Both the position numbers and the translations under genes were made by a program. A stretch of DNA of 64,000 bases from Chiloscyllium plagiosum. Its lineage: Eukaryota. The notes beneath the pieces are model-generated. The model saw only the letters and a program-made list of their open reading frames with translations. It did no database searches and had not been told where the DNA came from. Position 1 is the first letter of the stretch, and every line of letters begins with the position of its first letter. Below are positions 51,590-64,000 of the stretch, piece by piece. The stretch spans positions 48,605,859-48,669,858 of the forward strand of contig NC_057718.1 of the NCBI RefSeq assembly GCF_004010195.1, in the 5' to 3' direction.

Positions 51590-52525
51590 TGTAATGAGAT
51601 CTGGAGCTGAGAAGTTCTAGTGGACTTAAACTGCACATTACTGATTGGTTATTGTTGAGTCGTGGTTAAGAGTAAACTGATGGGTTGCAAGGGAGATTAA
51701 GAGGGATGGGGAGGGGAGAATAATTTGCACTCCTTTTTGTAAACATGACATATAGAGACTAGTTTTCATATTGTTGGGTAAATGCCAGCCTTGTGACTGT
51801 CTTAGCTAAGGACAATAGTCGTTCTTCAACACAGGTCTTCAGTATTCCTGCCTGAATATTGGCCAATGCTGCAGTAACACCCCATTTTCAGAATTGTCTG
51901 ACTCTTTTCTTTACCCCTCAATTAACCAGGGTTAGCTAGTTTGGCCAGGAATGATAGGAGAAATTTGTTGGACGTATACGCTGAATACAATTCTGCATTT
52001 GTTGATGGCAAAGTTTTTGCTTTGTTTTGAGCAGCTAGATCTATTCTTCATTTATATCTTTGACTATGATGGTAATACCACATAACAATATGGAGTGAAA
52101 ATGTGACTGAGATTGCATGGTGATCACTTTTGCAAATACTGTCACGGACTAACAAATCCTGGGTAAATTAGTGAAGATGAAGCAAAGGGGGTTATTTTCT
52201 TCTGTTGGTTCTTTTATTACCAATTCCATGGCCAGTCTGGCAATGGAATTCATCAGTAAATGACCAATTGCATCAATATGGTATTATATTCTTACTGCTG
52301 ATCATTGAAGTTTCTTGTCCTGCCATCTTGCTAAACTTAGTGTTTCTTCAAATTGAGTTTAACGTGGAAAAGTATTAACTTATGAGTTGAAGGAGGACAA
52401 TAATCAGGAGGCTTTCTATCCCTCTTTTTGATTTAATGTCATGAAGCTACTCTAGGGTTGTGTGTTTGCATGAGCAATTATTGAGAGCAAGATACATTCT
52501 CCCCTGATTGTATATCACTGTGTCC
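51590..52525 (-). mobile_element. Very decayed family-B LINE fragment
   Basis: gttgtaatgagatctggagctgag..agagtaaactgatggg..gagcagctagatct.., colinear with 16030-17930. Confidence 0.5.
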
Positions 52526-52529
52526 CTAT

Positions 52530-52805
52530 AGGTCAGAACAGGATCAATGATGAGGAGGCACAGATTTAAGGTAAGGGGCAGAAGGCTTAGAGGAGGTGCG
52601 AGGAAAGACTTTTTCACCTAGATGCTGAAACTCACGTAACATTCAAGTATTTAGATTACACTTGCAACTCCAAGACAAACAAGTCTGTAGGCCAAGTGCT
52701 GGAAAATGGGACTAGAATAGTTAAGTGGTTGTTTTTGACCAGTCTGGATGCAATGGGCTGAAGGGCCTTTTTCTGTGCTGAACATCTCTTTGACTCTATG
52801 ACACT
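52530..52805 (+). mobile_element. CR1 3' end fragment
   Basis: ggcacagatttaaggtaaggggcagaaggcttagaggaggtgcgaggaaagactttttcacc...tgactctatgac. Confidence 0.75.
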
Positions 52806-53132
52806 AAGGATCCTATTGTTTTTGCAGTGCCAACTCAGTGGTGCGACATGACTAGTGGAAGTTATATTGAGGTAGACTGCAGATGATGTCATGTATTTCT
52901 AGCGGGCTCATTTTAAACTGTGAAACCTTGCTATGGGTGACAGATGCCTCAGCAGTGAGGGGAGTAGCTGTGTGGCAGTATTGGGAAGAAAGCATAGGCA
53001 TCCTGAGAGTGGACAGCAGCATTGTGCTCCATGGTGTCACTGCCTCTTTCCAAGGATAGTACCTGAGCAATCTGAGCAATGTGTTGGAGGACAGATTGCT
53101 GGACTGCTGTGACAGTTTGCAATCGTCATTGA

Positions 53133-53253
53133 GATATTTTCTAACGACCCTGTTACAGAGATGTTATGATACACTTCTGGAGCAGTTGGGACCTGAACTT
53201 AGATCTCCTGACTCAGAGAAAGTGACACTACCATTGCACCATAGGGTCCCTTT
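53133..53253 (-). mobile_element. Short tRNA-headed SINE-like element, copy 3
   Basis: AAAGGGACCCTATGGTGCAATGGTAGTGTCACTTTCTCTGAGTCAGGAGATCTAAGTTCAGGTCCCAACTGCTCCAGAAGTGTATCATAACATCTCTGTAACAGGGTCGTTAGAAAATATC. Confidence 0.8.
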
Positions 53254-53344
53254 ATGGAACAGTTCACAAATTTGCATGTCATCCTTGCACAGAGGCCATG
53301 CAAACCTTCCCAGTATCATTACAATTTTAGTATAGGTGCTGCTG
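53253..53344 (-). pseudogene. U6 snRNA pseudogene (U6 nt ~11-102)
   Basis: CAGCAGCACCTATACTAAAATTGTAATGATACTGGGAAGGTTTGCATGGCCTCTGTGCAAGGATGACATGCAAATTTGTGAACTGTTCCATA; ungapped, ~78/92 identical to recalled vertebrate U6; ACAGAGA box mutated to ACTGGGA. Confidence 0.93.
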
Positions 53345-53679
53345 GGGTCTTCTCTGACACTGGCATCCACAGCTAGGATGGAAGAAATTTACACTGATAT
53401 GATAATAACATAAATTTTATGCAGATACGATAAAGTTATGAATGTTAAGAATGTGCTGTAATTGGTAGAAACAGGTGAGTGATGGAGGTGAGGTCCATTG
53501 ATCAAAATATTGTGATAATGGATTGGAACCCTCAAATACAATTGGCATGTTTAATTCTTCAAAGACAAAATGATGGCAAGTATAAATTGAGTAGTTGTTT
53601 AGCAAAACATTTGATGTGGAATTATACAATATAACATCTAAAATATCAAAGAAACTTCAAACAGATTGAATGATGATTT

Positions 53680-54370
53680 CTTGTGACTACAAAGATATTG
53701 AAGGATTGGCAACCTCTGCTCAACAGCAAATTGCCAACTGTGGATTATATCCCAAACTTCAGAGACATTTTGTGCTTTTTCCTTTGAAAATACACAATCC
53801 CAACCTTTTCAACTCTACTGGAGTGTATTAGTGGGACTGAATGCATTCATATACCAAACTGGGTTTGACTGTCAATATCCTATGCCAATCACAGTCAAAG
53901 AATCATCCTCTAGTTCCTCTGCATTTCAGGTAAAGACTGTGACTCTTATGCTGAACTGACATTTTTTTTTATTTCTTTCACCTTTAGACTCACTTCTTAT
54001 TTCTAACCTTTGTGTATGCCTGTTGTATTGTTCATTCTTCATGCATTTAGTAATGAATAAAACCACTTTTTGTTCACTCAAGAAAGCCTGGTTTCATTGG
54101 CTACTTTGAAATATAAATATCCTTGGTTCTGGAGAAAGGAATGCTCATGGGAAGGATCCATTTTAAAATGAACCTATTTGTGACCAACCAAGGTAGCAGG
54201 TGAATAATGAAGGAGACCTTGTTAACATTTGGGGTATCCTGAGTAGAATCATAATGAATTGAGAAACTTTGCTTAAGGTCCATGCATAACAAATGAAAGA
54301 TACCAGTTGTTTGGTTGGTGGGATATGACATTTGAAGATACATTCACTGCCCTTTTCCCTGGCATAACTC
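53680..54370 (+). mobile_element. Probable degenerate LTR
   Basis: AATAAA at 54056 followed by accactttttgttcactcaagaaagcctgg; ends ..ccctggcataac. Confidence 0.35.
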
Positions 54371-54941
54371 ATTTTTACACTGCAGTTAGAAACCATCACT
54401 ATTCAACATAAACTTCCCCTATAATAAACATAGGCTGGCTTTAAGTTACTTAGGTTGAACTTGCTGTAGATTCACATCACTTTGCTTTCCTGCCTAGACT
54501 TGTCACCACTCAACTGTACATTTTGGCCAATTTCTGCATTCATTTAAATGAGCAAATAGTAGAAATGTACATGCTGTCTATATTGGAAGCACTGGATGTT
54601 TGATTATGCATCACATCCTGTTATTGGGAGTTGGTTAATTCTGTAGCCCATGTATTCAAATTGCTGGATTTCACCTTTCAGCCATTTTGTTTGGCATCGA
54701 TTCATTCAATGCATGCTCCCTTGTTTTTTCTTCAAAACACAATGCTACGTATTTCTGGACTAAACTGTATCTTCCAATTGTGTGACCTCACTGCTCATCT
54801 GCCAAGGTCACTCTTAAATATTTTGCAGTTTCTTTCTTATAATAAGCAAATCATCTTAATTTTGTGCAATCAGTAACTTTAGCAGAAAATGAAAATGGAT
54901 GAATAGTTGAAAAAGAGAGTAATTAAGCAGGTTGAGGATAA

Positions 54942-55155
54942 AGGGGGTCAGTTAACTCAGTTGGTTGGACGGCTTGCTTATGATGCTAACAGCATGGGTT
55001 CAAGGCCCATTGTGGCTCAGGTTAGCATAAAGGAATCTGTCTCAAACTCACCTTCTTCTCACCTAAGGCATAGTGACTTGTAGGTTAAACTCACCATCAG
55101 TTTTTTCTCATGGATGAGAGAGAAGCTCTCTGGGACTCTGGCAACTTTACCTTTG
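54942..55155 (+). mobile_element. tRNA-derived SINE (third family)
   Basis: A box taactcagttgg, B box gggttcaaggccc, tail ggcaactttaccttt. Confidence 0.65.
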
Positions 55156-55189
55156 GTTTTTAGAAAAAAATGGGACAAAATATTTCAGT

Positions 55190-56010
55190 GTCATAGAGCT
55201 AAACAGCGTGGAAACTGACCTTTCTTTCCAAATTGTCCATGCTGAGCAAGTACCTTAAATTTATCTATCCCATTTAGACAATAGACAATAGACAATAGGT
55301 GCAGGAGTAGGCCATTCTACCCTTCGAGTTTCTCCTCATCTCTGTCCTAAATGGTCTACCCCATATTTTTAAGCTGTGTCCTCTGGTTTGACACTCACCC
55401 ATCAGCTGAAACATGTTTCCTGCCTCCAGAGTGTCCAATCCTTTAATAATCTTAAATGTCTCAATCAGATCCCCTCACAGTCTTCTAAACTCAAGGGTAT
55501 ACAAGCCCAGTCGCTCCAGTCTTTCAACTGGAGCGTAGTCCTGCCATTCCAGGAATTGACCTCGTGAACTGACGCTGCATTCCCTCAATAGCCAGAATGT
55601 CTTTCCTCAAATTTGGAGACCAGAACTGCACACAGTACTCCAGGTGTGGTCTCACCAGGGCCCTGTACAGCTGCAGAAGAACCTCTTTGCTTCTATTTGG
55701 CAGCATTTGGCCCATATCCCTCTAACCTCTCCCTATCCATGTGCCCATCCAGATGCCTTTTAAGTGCTGCAATTGTATCCACCTCCACCAACTCTTCTGT
55801 CAGCTTATTCCATACATGCACCACCCTCTGCGTGAAAAAGTTGTTCCTTAAATCCCTGTTAAATCTCGCCCCTCTCACTTTAAGCCTACACCCTCTCATT
55901 TTGAACTCCCCTACCCTGAAAAAAAAATCTTGCCTATTCACCTGTCCATGTCCCTCATGATTTTATAAATCTCTATAACACCACCCCTCAGCCTCTGACA
56001 TTCCAGGGAA
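55190..56010 (-). mobile_element. CR1 3' fragment (outer element)
   Basis: ORF 55693-55941 RGARFNRDLRNNFFTQRVVHVWNKL; tail at 55190-55275. Confidence 0.88.
55276..55694 (-). mobile_element. CR1 fragment nested in CR1
   Basis: SKEVLLQLYRALVRPHLEYCVQFWSP; (CTATTGT)n tail; 4-bp TSD attt at 55272 and 55695. Confidence 0.88.
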
Positions 56011-56447
56011 AAATAACTGTCATTGGCAGAGCTTAGGGATGTAACTTTTTCTTTCCAAATTGTACAGTTCTGTTGTGCTACCTCAGTCCTATCCTTCATC
56101 CAGTTGCTCTAACTGTCGCTCTGAACTTCACTACCTCTCCTTATCACATGTGACCTGCTCTTCTTTGCTTGCACATAATATCCGCTTCTTGCACAGCAAC
56201 TTTACCCAGTTACATTTGTTGCTTGTCCTCAAATATTCCTCTTCTTATTCTTGGTTAGATTTCTGCTTCTCAGTTCAGATCAGTGTCTCACTTCACTTTC
56301 TCTTTTGCATGTATTTTCATCCCTTTGCAACCCTACCAATCCTACATCTAGGCCCTTCATCCTACAGGACCATGCATCAGCACTGGTGCTCCCACAAATT
56401 ATCATCAGACTCACAGACACATGTTAACTGAAGAACATTATACTTAC

Positions 56448-56565
56448 CTGTCAATTGCCCACATTGTGACTGTGGTTGAGAAAGTCATTTCACATTTGAA
56501 ATGTCTAAATACCACCATTAATATTCAGAGCATTTCCCATGTTATTTAAAAGGATGTTAAAAATA
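56448..56565 (-). other. Candidate internal exon (118 nt)
   Basis: tctttttattttcctttcccaag|TAT acceptor; GACAG|gtaagt donor. Confidence 0.35.
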
Positions 56566-59321
56566 CTTGGGAAAGGAAAATAAAAAGATATTAGTGGTAA
56601 TTTGCATACTTTTGGTATGCTTCCAGGGGCACAGGTAACTCTTTGATCATTTGTGTTTGTTTCAGGTCTTCAGCATCCACAGTTTTTTTTGTTTTATATG
56701 AGTGTTTGCCTTGAGTTTGACAATGATGTATATGTGGTCAAATAACCAGCCAGCCATCACTATCCAGCTTTACCCAGGAATACAAAGCATTTTACCATTT
56801 ATTTATGGCAGTTTGCAAAGGATTGGATATCCCTGCACCTTTTTATTTTGTCTTGCCCTGCATTTTATCTTTTTCAAAGCAATGCTTTTGTTTGTACATA
56901 TTTGTGAATCTTATAGTCTATTTAATTATATGCTCTTTCATATTTGGTCTGAATGTTTTAAATTTTTTATTAATTATGTGTTTATTAAGTCAATCTCTCA
57001 GTCTCCTCTCGGGCTGCTTTTGACTGTGATTTCATTTGCACCCCCCCTCTCCCCCAGCACCCCGCTTCCCACATACACATAAACATTCACTCATTACTTG
57101 ACATAGTCCATCTAATCAGGTGGTAAATGATTGACAGGCCTGATAGCGCCATATCTGAACATAACATATGTCTCAATCACGACAGCAACAAGCCCACAAT
57201 GCTTTATACTTTGTCTGTGCAGTAGAAGGCTGGCAACCCTTCCTCACTCTCTGTGAGGCCCTTTGACAGCAGAAACAACTTTTGAAAAAGGCCTCCAGAT
57301 GTAAGTGAGAAAAAGCTGCTAACATTCCAGGAACAAATTTCAACAGCCTGCACTTCATCCCTGTCACAAATGATTGTTCATTCATGCTGTATCCCAGCTA
57401 TCTCCATTCTCAAGTGATGCCTCATGCGTTGAGGTAAAGGAGATAGACATCTAACACATTGAGTGGAGGAATTTTCTAAGTAGGGTACTGTGCCATTGTG
57501 ATACACCATCATTTAGGCCATGATGACCTGCTAATGAAGTCGGTTTTATGTTCTCACTCCTTCCAGCTGTCCATTATAATAACAGACATTTCTATTATTG
57601 ATGGTGAGTGTTCAGTGTTGAATGACTGAAAATCTACAATTATATGGTCTTTGCAGGCTGTGATAACCCTATTTTAAATGCAATAAAATTTGGTTACAAA
57701 AACTCAAAGCTTTGACTTTGCTTTCATTATTTGGTTTGTTTAAAGTAAGGAGGCAACTGACACTTTTATTTTGCTTCTGTTTCATTTCCCTGATTCTCAT
57801 ACCTCACCAATTGTCCTGATTAATTGGTGTTTGTTTTTCTATTAAAATTGAAAATAACAAACTTCAAAGAGTCAAAGTAAGCAAAGAATAGTGTTTGTTG
57901 CTGGCTATCTTCCAGGTCTTGATGCTCTTTTTAGCAGAATTACTGCCAACAACCTGGCTCCTGGCCCAGGTCTCTGCCATTTTTATGTGAATAACAACAA
58001 AAAAATGTGCAAATGACAATTTGAAAGACCAAAGGAATTAGCTTGGCTTCAAATTATTTTATAAACATCTGTGTCTCCAGCAAAGACAAGGTTAAACATT
58101 GAAATGGAAAAAGGTAGGGCTTATTTTCAGATGAGAAGTTTTGAGCAACAGCCAAAAGATATTTGAGACTTTTTAAAATAGCTGAGTGCACTAATGTTAT
58201 TTATGCTTCCATTTCTTTCAATGCCTGTGGCTTTTAACAACAGCAATAAGCAGGCCAAGAAGAAGGAGGAGTGAATTATCACTTTTAGTTGATACTTAAA
58301 TGAAATATAACTGTATTTTCTGTTTGATATGAACAAAACGTTCCACAACTCCCTGATTAAACTTATTAGCCTTCTCCTAAAAGTCAGTTTGATTTATTAA
58401 AAGAATGATTTGAAAATGCTTTCTTGGGTTATAGAGATTTCATAATCCCTTACACGGGTCTGGTAAATCTCCACTTACTTCGATTTCAAACCAATTTATG
58501 TCTTTGAGAGTGACCCAGGGAATTAATGAGGTTCGTGCTGTCAGTTCTACAAATGCAAGGTCAAGTAAATCATTCTCTTTCCAACTAACTCTGGTTTACG
58601 CTACAGTTCTGACTCCAAGCTAAATGATAACAAACTCGCAGATGCCTTTGAAATATGGCATCACTGACACTCTCTGTCCATCTGCTGAGGCATATTTTAA
58701 GCTCTGCTTCTCTCCATGTTGTAAACTTTGCTTTAATGGAGTCAGTAATTACTGATAAATGGAGTTTTGATGAAGTCATTGTACTGTAGGTTCAGTTTGT
58801 GCTGATCTGTGTGCTTTGAATGCTTCCCTCCCAAGCTCTAATTTAAAAAGACAGTATGCAGGACAGGCAGTAGGCCAAAGTTGCTGACTAATGTTGAACT
58901 TACACCATGTCTCATGTAATTGCACTTTAACACAGATTTGCATACTTTCCTGGCTAAAAGGCTCGACTTTGCACTGTTGAATACAAGGGGGCCCAGTTAG
59001 TAATGCATACAGAAAACCAGCTCTGCCAACTGAGCCAATCAAAATTTGGCCAGTTCTTGTTCATTGGGTCAGATCAAACTGGTAAATAGTGCTCAATGTG
59101 GTTGATAATATAAATTGAAATGATAAGTTCTTATCTTAAATAGGGGAAGCAGTATTAAGCATATAATTGCCCATTCTGGAGAAGCAATTAGCCCTTGTTG
59201 ATTTAGTCCATACATTAAATTACCAACCTTATGGGTAAATGATTTCTGATGTATAATATATTTGCAATTGAGGTCTCATCATAATGTTTGTACAGAAAAC
59301 AAAGAACCAACACTATCTTCT

Positions 59322-59425
59322 GCAAGAAAACAAAAACAGAAATTGCTCAACAAATTCAGTAGGCCCAGCCTATTGGAGAGGAAACAGCGTAACTGTGTTG
59401 AGTCCGGTGACCCTTCTTTGGAACT
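59322..59425 (-). mobile_element. Penelope-derived short element
   Basis: aacaaaaacagaaattgctcaacaaattcagtagg...tgagtccggtgacccttctttggaac. Confidence 0.65.
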
Positions 59426-60304
59426 GTAACTTTTGCACTGTGAATGATGCAATATGCCACAGACCAAGCAAGCATCTTTAAATACAGCATTGTGCTTCAG
59501 AGACCTCATGGGTTCTGTGTTGCATCTCCTCTCAATGTAGGTAAACAGCACCCTGTCAAAATTCAGGCTAAAAAGTATTTCAGATTATAATACTGGTAAC
59601 GAATGAATAACACAAAAAACGCCATGTTGTAATTATTCAGAAATAACAAATTGTGATTCAGTGGAGAAGGAGTTAAAATAGCTCCTGCAGAACACAGTTC
59701 TTATACAGTTCCATAATTCAAAAGATTTTGAATTAACAATCTTTTATATTTTTTCTACCATGATTTTGTACATGATTGAAGGGAATTTCCTACTGACAGT
59801 CCAATTTTCTATATAAACTATTGAAACTGAATTCAGGATGTCAATTAAAGATGACTATCAAGGCTTTCAAGGTAAAGAAGCCTTTCATATCACTGACGTG
59901 TTTTCAACATGGTTTGACAACGGGTTTGAAGGTGGGGGCATATGTAAAGTCCAACAGGTAGCCTTTCCACTGCCTGCCCACTCAGCCCCCGCTTGACTAA
60001 AATTAGCTACCACATAAGGGTTGCATCCTTATGTGTGGCACTACTTTACATGCAGTGGTGGGGGGAGGGTCATGCCATATAAAAAGCCTGGCAACTTTAG
60101 CTGCGTGAGCTGGCATCAGGGACTGTATTGGTGGGCTGTTTAATCTAACAGAGGCACTTACACAAAGGGAAAACAGCAAGAGATTTTGGGGAGCTCACTC
60201 ATGCTCACAACAGCTTGAGTGAAGGATTCAAAACATACAGATCATCACAAACTGTGAATCTATAGTGCATCAAACTCCAATTATCAGTAATCACATTTTA
60301 CTTA

Positions 60305-60428
60305 TTCTGAAGAAGAGACACAGGACTAGAAACTGCTTTCTCTCCACAAATGCTGCCAGACCTGCTGAGTTTCTCCGGTAATGTCTGTTTTTGTTTCAGA
60401 TTTTCAGCTCTGCAGTTCTTTGTTTTAT
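60305..60428 (+). mobile_element. Penelope-derived short element
   Basis: ttctgaagaagagacacaggactagaaac..tgctgccagacctgctgagtttctcc..tgtttttgtttcagatttt. Confidence 0.7.
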
Positions 60429-60744
60429 TATTACTTTTTGCTGGTTGTGCATGGGTACAAAGGCACCCCATGAAATAAGTATAAAAGGGTATACAGACAA
60501 ATAAGTGTAAAGGGGTACACTTTTGTCTGGACGTCACATGGTAATAAAATATTGTTGAAGAGAAAAGTCTTAGATAGGGAAAATTTAAAAGCTGAAATGG
60601 AGTACATTTGATTTTCCTTATGTTCATTTAAATAAACTAAATTACTTACTATCTACATATCTATGTATAAATACTTGTCAAAAATGGAAATCAGTTCTAA
60701 TATCCATAGATGATAGTTGGAGTTTGTGGCTTAGAAGGATCATT

Positions 60745-61320
60745 AATAACAACAATATGCATTTGTGTAGCACCTGTAATGTAGAAAAAAACATCACAAG
60801 GCACTTCACAAAGACACAATTGGGCAAATATGAATTCCAAGACAGTGAAAAAGATATCAGACATTGTCACTTAAGGTTTTGTCAATGATCAGGGTTTTAA
60901 AAAGGAGGTGGGGGTGGAAGAGAAATATGAAAAAAAAATGAACCAAAGGTTTTTCAGTTCAGAAGCAGTTTCTGAGGTGGATGATATCACAGAAATTTGA
61001 GACAAAACTGTTTGTGAAGGGATTTTAAACTTTAAGCTGCAGGTGTTGAGTTAAAGAAGTCAATGGTATGGGATAGGATACAAAGAAGAATGGTTTGGAG
61101 AAACTTAGATTATGACAAGGGAGAAGTCTGGTATCTGAAGTTGGGAATGGTAAAGGCATGGAGGAGACTTTCAGTAGTAGATGAGCTGAGGCAGGACCAG
61201 AGGCAGGAAATGTTTAGAAGGTAAGTAGCATATGTGATCAAGCCGACATGGTTTGTGATCTCACAGCTGAATATTATGCTGAGATTTAGAATATTCAGAT
61301 TCAACCTGAGATAACTTTTA
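60745..61320 (-). mobile_element. L2 LINE 3' fragment
   Basis: aacaacaatatgcatttgtgtagcacctgtaatgtag..caaggcacttcaca is the L2 tail reverse complement; LSSSTTESLLHAFT.. Confidence 0.6.
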
Positions 61321-62153
61321 AACCTGGGGATTAATTTTGTGGCTCTTGTGTGATCAGCTTACAGCACTCAAATGGCTCTTTTTTAGAGTCTCCATGTCTA
61401 TATGATTTGCCTGGACCAACTTGGTTTGCCTGAACCCCCTCTGACTTGTACTGTACAGTTTTGAGGATGTATTTTGATTATGTATTTAATATTAAGTAGC
61501 AAATCATTTTCAATTCCAATAAATCTCAACACTGGTCATAATATAAGTTCTTGCCTACTTTTTCTTACACAATTTGTATTACAACTTCTTCCAATTCAAT
61601 TCCATATGCTGTTTTGCACTGACTTCTGTAGCTTCCTAGACTTCAAAAGCATTTTACTACTTGTAAAGTGTTTTTGGTGTCTAATGTTTCTGAGAGGTGC
61701 AACGTAAATGTAAGTCTTTCTTTCTTTTAATTGGCAACAATTTTCGAATTACCTAAGCTGCTTCTTTAGTATCAATTTAGAACAGGGGAGTTTCACATAT
61801 TTGCTCATTTAGTCACAGAAAAGTAAACTTTTCTAGCTGAGTTCAAAGTCCATTCTTAGTTCGTATTTATTCCTTCCATTAAACATACAAATATAAGGTA
61901 CGTTTTTCCCTCTTATGAAATTCTGTTTCTGTCACATATGCATCTGTTGCTTTATTTGTTGAGCAAGATTGGTGTTAAAATTTGCAAAGTAAAGCCTGCA
62001 CTTTTTCAAGCCTGAAAGTATATTTGTACTTTAAATATTAAATAATGAAGAGAAACAAGAAAGATTTAAAGCATATTTACAGATTTTGACCAGATTAAAG
62101 GTCACGGAGCTGTGCTATGGTAAATAATCTCTGGAGATCCTGAAGAAACTTAC

Positions 62154-62283
62154 CTTTATTTTGCTCATGGTACTGCGGTGCATGGGATTAGGTGAGTTTC
62201 TTAGTGTTTGGCTTGGCTTTCCTCACACTATCATATTCCCTGCAACAGCTGTTCTGTCCTTTTCATCGTCCAGACATTATTAG
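62154..62283 (-). other. Candidate exon (130 nt), non-coding or start-codon-containing
   Basis: ttttttcttccccccacag|CTA acceptor and AAG|gtaagt donor, both near consensus; stops in all three frames, but the exon ends ATG CAC CGC AGT ACC ATG AGC AAA ATA AAG (MHRSTMSKIK, phase 0). Confidence 0.45.
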
Positions 62284-64000
62284 CTGTGGGGGGAAGAAAA
62301 AATCTCATTAGAAATTATTTGAGCTTCTTAAAATTGCTTCAAAATTAGCCCAGTACTTTATTATGACAACTTCAACATGCAGCCACTTTGTAGCACAGAT
62401 GGTGGGAGAATTTTTATTTTAACTTTGGCAGGTGAACCAGACTTGACAATTTAACATTCTCAAGAACAACAACTGGCTTTTAAATGGCACTATAGGGCCT
62501 GTAGCAAAATGTCACAAGACACTTTACAGGAGTGTAAGCAGACAAAAATTGACACCGAGCTCAAGATTGAGACTTTAGGACAGGTGACCTAAAGCATGGT
62601 CAAAAAACTAGGTTTAAAGAATCATTTTCCATGTGACCTGCTCCCTGTTCCCTTGATCAACACAGCTCATGGAGCCAACTGAGGACTGTATATAATGCAT
62701 ATATATACATGTTTCTTATATTCACAATATCACTGCGTTTCAGGCAGAGTCAGATACTCAAACCTCAGAATACACAAGGCAATCTCATTCCTGACTGTGT
62801 CAGCTGCACCCAGGCACCACCCCCAATGCCTATGCTGCCAGTCTTACCCAGATGTACTATTTATAAACAGCATTAGACCCCATCCAATGTCTTGGCCTCA
62901 TCTGCTGCCATTAGAAAGTCTATCTGACTGGACAAAGAAACAGCTGAAGGTAATGCCAAAGTAAATATATCAAATTTGCTGGGTGGACAGGGAGACACAG
63001 GTGGGAGGGTGGTGGGAGCCTAGGAGCAGAGCGATGAAGTCTAATGCTTTGGAGGGATGGTGCTGGAATTTAAATTTAAAAAGATCAAATTCATTAAGCA
63101 CAATGGCTGAACACACCCATTTTCTAAATACATCTTTTCAAATCTGGTAACATTGGTGATTCTAATGTCTGCCGAGGACTCTTTTATTGCAAGCCATTGG
63201 TGGGTAAGATTACATTTAATGTGGTACAGAAACAGCTTGAAAGCTGCAAAAGCAAAATCAACTGCTCTAACATGGCAATTTTCACCTCATAAAGCTTAGT
63301 ATGAGCAGACCAGCATGTGTTCACACCTCTTACAGCATGATTATCTAAATTTATAATTTAGATTGAGTAAAGTATACATATGCTATAAAAGAAGTCCATA
63401 AAAGCAATCCATAAAGGAACCACTTAACGTTGTGAATTTCATCAACAATTAAATGCAAGATACCTACATTTTCAGAATCATGAACTGTGAAAATATGTCA
63501 AAACCGATTGTGAGCAAACTAAAAGTCTGATTTATAATGAATAGGGACCCTAATTTGTCTTTGGGCTACGTAATCAAGCCATTTCAAGAATTCAAGGACT
63601 TTACTTCGCACCCTTTTGGAAAAGGTCAAAGATCAATAGTACCAGTTCCCCTTGGCACCTCATAAATTTCAATTGAAAATGATTACGAGGAGGCAGGCTA
63701 AATGGCTTCTCAAGTTTGATCAAGATAGTTTTATCCAAATTGCAATTCAAAGTTGCAAACAATGTATTGGGCACACAGGAATTTTCACAATCCAATTAAA
63801 GGTTTCATCCAAATTACAGAGATTTTCAGTTCATTTGTAGAATGTGGAAAGTTAGATAGTCTTCAAACAATTGCAAGATTGTGATTAACTTCTGCAGCAT
63901 TTAAATCCCTAATTACTGATTGAGTATGTTTGATTAATATCTGAATTATACCATGTTCTATTCTTGATATTAGTATGATTCAGTCGTTAAGTTGGTTTTA

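Noticed and set aside
53253..53344. Functional U6 gene
   Set aside because: First ~10 nt missing, ACAGAGA box mutated, no T-run terminator, no evident upstream TATA/PSE.
57567..57603. 37-nt plus-strand exon (ttccag|...ATG|gtgagt)
   Set aside because: Very short, no recognisable peptide, no partner exons; cannot be supported without RNA data.

Overview
AT-rich, CpG-depleted vertebrate genomic DNA. The repeat repertoire (HE1-type tRNA SINEs, abundant CR1 LINEs, Penelope-derived fold-back elements) points to a cartilaginous fish, probably a shark; this is an inference. I see no intact protein-coding host gene, and every ORF I can recognise is a transposon remnant: CR1 and CR1/L2-group LINEs, a Tx1 3' end, Penelope RT/GIY-YIG, two decayed Gypsy elements, solo LTRs and Harbinger Myb/SANT fragments. 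There is a 73-N assembly gap at 28785-28857. Most notable: (1) a ~120-bp tRNA-headed SINE-like element present three times, with two copies fused through the same T-AAAGGG junction to different Pol III RNAs (U6 snRNA and tRNA-Val plus trailer); (2) a Penelope-derived cluster with tandem minimal hammerhead-ribozyme cores and ~370-bp tandem units; (3) a perfect 82-bp-arm palindrome with a 14-bp TSD; (4) four 50-150 bp direct-repeat pairs bracketing 0.3-1.6 kb segments; (5) candidate splice-bounded, probably non-coding exons on the minus strand. Repeat boundaries were set by eye and are approximate unless a TSD is quoted. Family names come from recalled consensus motifs, not database searches.
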